From assembly GCA_010093815.1 (NCBI GenBank), contig ML996565.1: a DNA stretch of 64,000 nt; one strand, written 5' to 3'. Below the pieces are notes generated by a model that worked only from the letters and a program-made list of their open reading frames with translations, was not told the DNA's origin and ran no database searches. Numbering within the stretch: the first letter of the stretch is position 1; the number at the start of each line of letters is the position of its first letter. Position numbers and translations under genes: made by a program. Of the stretch, positions 61,644 through 64,000 are shown in pieces. Source of the DNA: Pseudovirgaria hyperparasitica. Its lineage: Eukaryota.

Positions 61644-63479
61644 ATGAGCTCTCTCAATGCCCCGAACACCACATCTTCGTCATCGCTTCGTCCGCGCAAC
61701 AGACGCCTGATATCTGGTCTCGAAGAACAAGAGCCTGCTAAGGCCGACGTCTCTGGGAACTTTTTGAAGACTTCGCCCTTCGCTTCGCCCTTCGGCTCAC
61801 GATCTACCTCTCCGCTCCCAAAGACTGGCCTGACACGGACACCATCTTCTCAGCAGACGACACAGCCATCAGCTCCATCCGAGAGAGCTCTATCATTTGG
61901 AAGAAATGGTGACGCGCTCAGTTCTATAAGCGGCTTCTGGGGGAACTCGTGGTCATCAATACAAGGGCTAGCTTCAAACGTCCTTGGAAACGACTCAGAT
62001 ACCCCAGTTCGACGCGGGAAGCTATCAACATTTGACCAACCAAAGCGGGCATCGAGCAGCGTACCGCCATCAAAATGGGGCGTTTCTACAGCACAAGCTC
62101 AAGACATTGGAGTTGGGACAAAGGAAGAGCGAGAGAATATGGTCCGAGCAATGAAACGGCGAGATTTGCTCAGCGCAAATGGTCACATGTATCAGGATAC
62201 TGTTGGTCGATTCAAGAGGAGAAATTCGGACGAGCGCATGTCAAGCTCGGCGCCTCCTGGGGAGGGAGAAGATCGCGATGCACTGGTATACGTTCATCAC
62301 GTAAAGCCTTCGGATACTCTTGCTGGCCTCACAATAAAGTACAATTGCGCGGCAGCGGTGCTCCAGAAGGCTAATCGCATGTGGCCAAATGATAGTGTAC
62401 AAGTACGGAAAAAGATTGTGCTCCCTGTGGATGCATGCGGTGTCAAAGGTCGTCGTTGCACAGGGCCAGAGGACAAGGATGAAGACCTGCTCGGGCATGA
62501 TGAGGAGTCGAAGACCATAAAAGACACAAATGACAATGGTTGGCTTTCAGGAACAAACAGTTCGACCCGGAGGCGAACAGACACAATCATATCTAACCCT
62601 ACTGCATCGACGGCATCTAACAGATCCGACTCTGAACCTCCTTGGATACATGACTCTTGGGTGATGCTACCACATGATGAAGAGCCGATTGAGATTGCAC
62701 GCTTACCACGGCGGACGCTTGGCTTCTTTCCACCTGCAAGACGGAAGAGTCTTACATTATCAGATTCGGACACTCCTTCGCCATCACTTGACCTTCCGCG
62801 ATCTCTCGATGCGACAGCCACATCTCCACAACGCTCAACACAAGACGCTTCTTCTGTAACCTCATCCCCTCCGCCCATTCGACCGATTAGAACACGAAAA
62901 CATAGTATATCACAGGGCTTCTCACTGCAGGGACCAGGTGGTGTTGGTACGCTGGGCAAGAATATTCGCGCTCCAGGTCCAGGAGAGGACGCTTTCAATA
63001 AATTCGTCGCGCAACATCTCCCGAGTCTACAGCCTCCACCCGGTCAAGAGCATTCTATACCTTGGGCACCATCTATGTTAGAGCAAGCTGGAGAAGGGTC
63101 TGGGCCAGTAGGATATTCCGCGGTTTCCAGACAGGGAGGCTTTGATTTCGAACAAGTTGGCGGTGCAATAGAGACCTGGATGCGCAAAACTGCGGCAAAG
63201 GTCTCTGCGTCAATCAACGAACAGGCAAACACGAACAGCCGCAGATTTGCACCTGTCCCGGGATTGGCCGCAGAAGGAGGTGGACTGGGCGACCTTATAG
63301 AGCTCCGTGATGATGCATTCGAAATCGGTGATGACGAAGAAGACATTCTCAGAGGCCGCCCATCTACAATCGAGACCACTATATCGACAGATACCAGCTC
63401 GGCGCGACCGGACTTGCCTACCACAATGAAGCAAAGAGAATCACGGGCAGGTGGCAGCAAGGGAGGGAAAGGAGACTGA
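61644..63479 (+). CDS. Intracellular LysM (CBM50) domain protein
   Basis: VYVHHVKPSDTLAGLTIKYNC..AVLQKANRMWPNDSVQVRKKIVLPV within a Ser/Pro-rich protein that has no signal peptide. Confidence 0.9.
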   Translation: MSSLNAPNTTSSSSLRPRNRRLISGLEEQEPAKADVSGNFLKTSPFASPFGSRSTSPLPKTGLTRTPSSQQTTQPSAPSERALSFGRNGDALSSISGFWGNSWSSIQGLASNVLGNDSDTPVRRGKLSTFDQPKRASSSVPPSKWGVSTAQAQDIGVGTKEERENMVRAMKRRDLLSANGHMYQDTVGRFKRRNSDERMSSSAPPGEGEDRDALVYVHHVKPSDTLAGLTIKYNCAAAVLQKANRMWPNDSVQVRKKIVLPVDACGVKGRRCTGPEDKDEDLLGHDEESKTIKDTNDNGWLSGTNSSTRRRTDTIISNPTASTASNRSDSEPPWIHDSWVMLPHDEEPIEIARLPRRTLGFFPPARRKSLTLSDSDTPSPSLDLPRSLDATATSPQRSTQDASSVTSSPPPIRPIRTRKHSISQGFSLQGPGGVGTLGKNIRAPGPGEDAFNKFVAQHLPSLQPPPGQEHSIPWAPSMLEQAGEGSGPVGYSAVSRQGGFDFEQVGGAIETWMRKTAAKVSASINEQANTNSRRFAPVPGLAAEGGGLGDLIELRDDAFEIGDDEEDILRGRPSTIETTISTDTSSARPDLPTTMKQRESRAGGSKGGKGD

Positions 63480-63727
63480 TCGGAGCAGACGAACGTGATA
63501 TAATGGACTTTTGAGACGTTCAGGCGTCAGGTGCTGGATCGACTGATTTTTAGAGCGATTGTAGCCTGGATATTTGGAGCAGATGTTGGCGCTGGACTTA
63601 TTCTATATGACATTCTAGCATTGTATCTTTGGAGCGGCTCGAGTAGCCAGGAATCAATGTACTTGTGAGAGAATCACACACAGCATCCTATCTTGTGCGC
63701 TCCGCGTCCGCGCGCTTGGAATATAGA

Positions 63728-63749
63728 GCATGTATAGATCTATACATGC
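63728..63749. repeat. Perfect 22-bp palindrome
   Basis: gcatgtatagatctatacatgc. Confidence 0.95.
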
Positions 63750-64000
63750 ACGCACTCTTCGATGAAGACGTTGCTCTCGAGTCCTGAAATTGATACAAAA
63801 TCTCTCGGTTTCCTGTGTTCGGTCGTGACATTTAGATCAAGCATCTTTACTGCATACAACTTTGAGACTGGACCGTTCATATCGTTTTTGAGAGTGAGGA
63901 ATCTATCATCATAGGTAGGTAGCTACTGCTTCCATCTGAGTGTATTACCTTTGAGTGTATCACTTCATGCGAAAATTGCATATACCGAGGTATGCTGAAT

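Noticed and set aside
1..64000. CRISPR arrays, rRNA, intact transposons or a Starship captain gene
   Set aside because: None seen; the window is eukaryotic and shows no transposase, reverse transcriptase, integrase or tyrosine-recombinase motifs.

Overview
Intron-containing genomic DNA of a filamentous ascomycete (Pezizomycotina; probably Dothideomycetes, by inference only). Gene models below were spliced by eye from GT..AG sites and branch points. The left half (1 to about 29.4 kb) is gene-sparse and accessory-like. It holds the 3' end of an SDR oxidoreductase, TpA-rich RIP-like DNA, a HET-6-like heterokaryon-incompatibility gene, a conserved hypothetical gene, a small dsRBD-like gene and a long non-coding tract with a possible structured RNA. 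It ends in a cluster of a VOC-family protein, a stand-alone RNase H, an F-box-like/ankyrin protein, a 4-TM protein, a secreted protein and a Cys-rich protein. The right half is a denser core block: a small membrane protein, GH47 mannosidase, BRO1, MDJ1, SAP30-domain protein, DUF6697-like protein, tandem micro-ORFs, RRP8, an AsaB/CmcJ-like oxygenase, tRNA-Ser(GCT), an alpha/beta hydrolase, a Dabb protein, a conserved membrane protein, GH55 glucanase, L-galactonate dehydratase (lgd1/gaaB) head-to-head with an unusual dihydroxyacetone-kinase-like gene, and a LysM protein. The best candidates for undescribed biology are the lgd1 / degenerate-DhaK plus intact-DhaL pair, the 19-29 kb accessory cluster, the intron-bearing RNase H, the 43.0-43.6 kb micro-ORF run and the 14.6-14.8 kb fold-back element.
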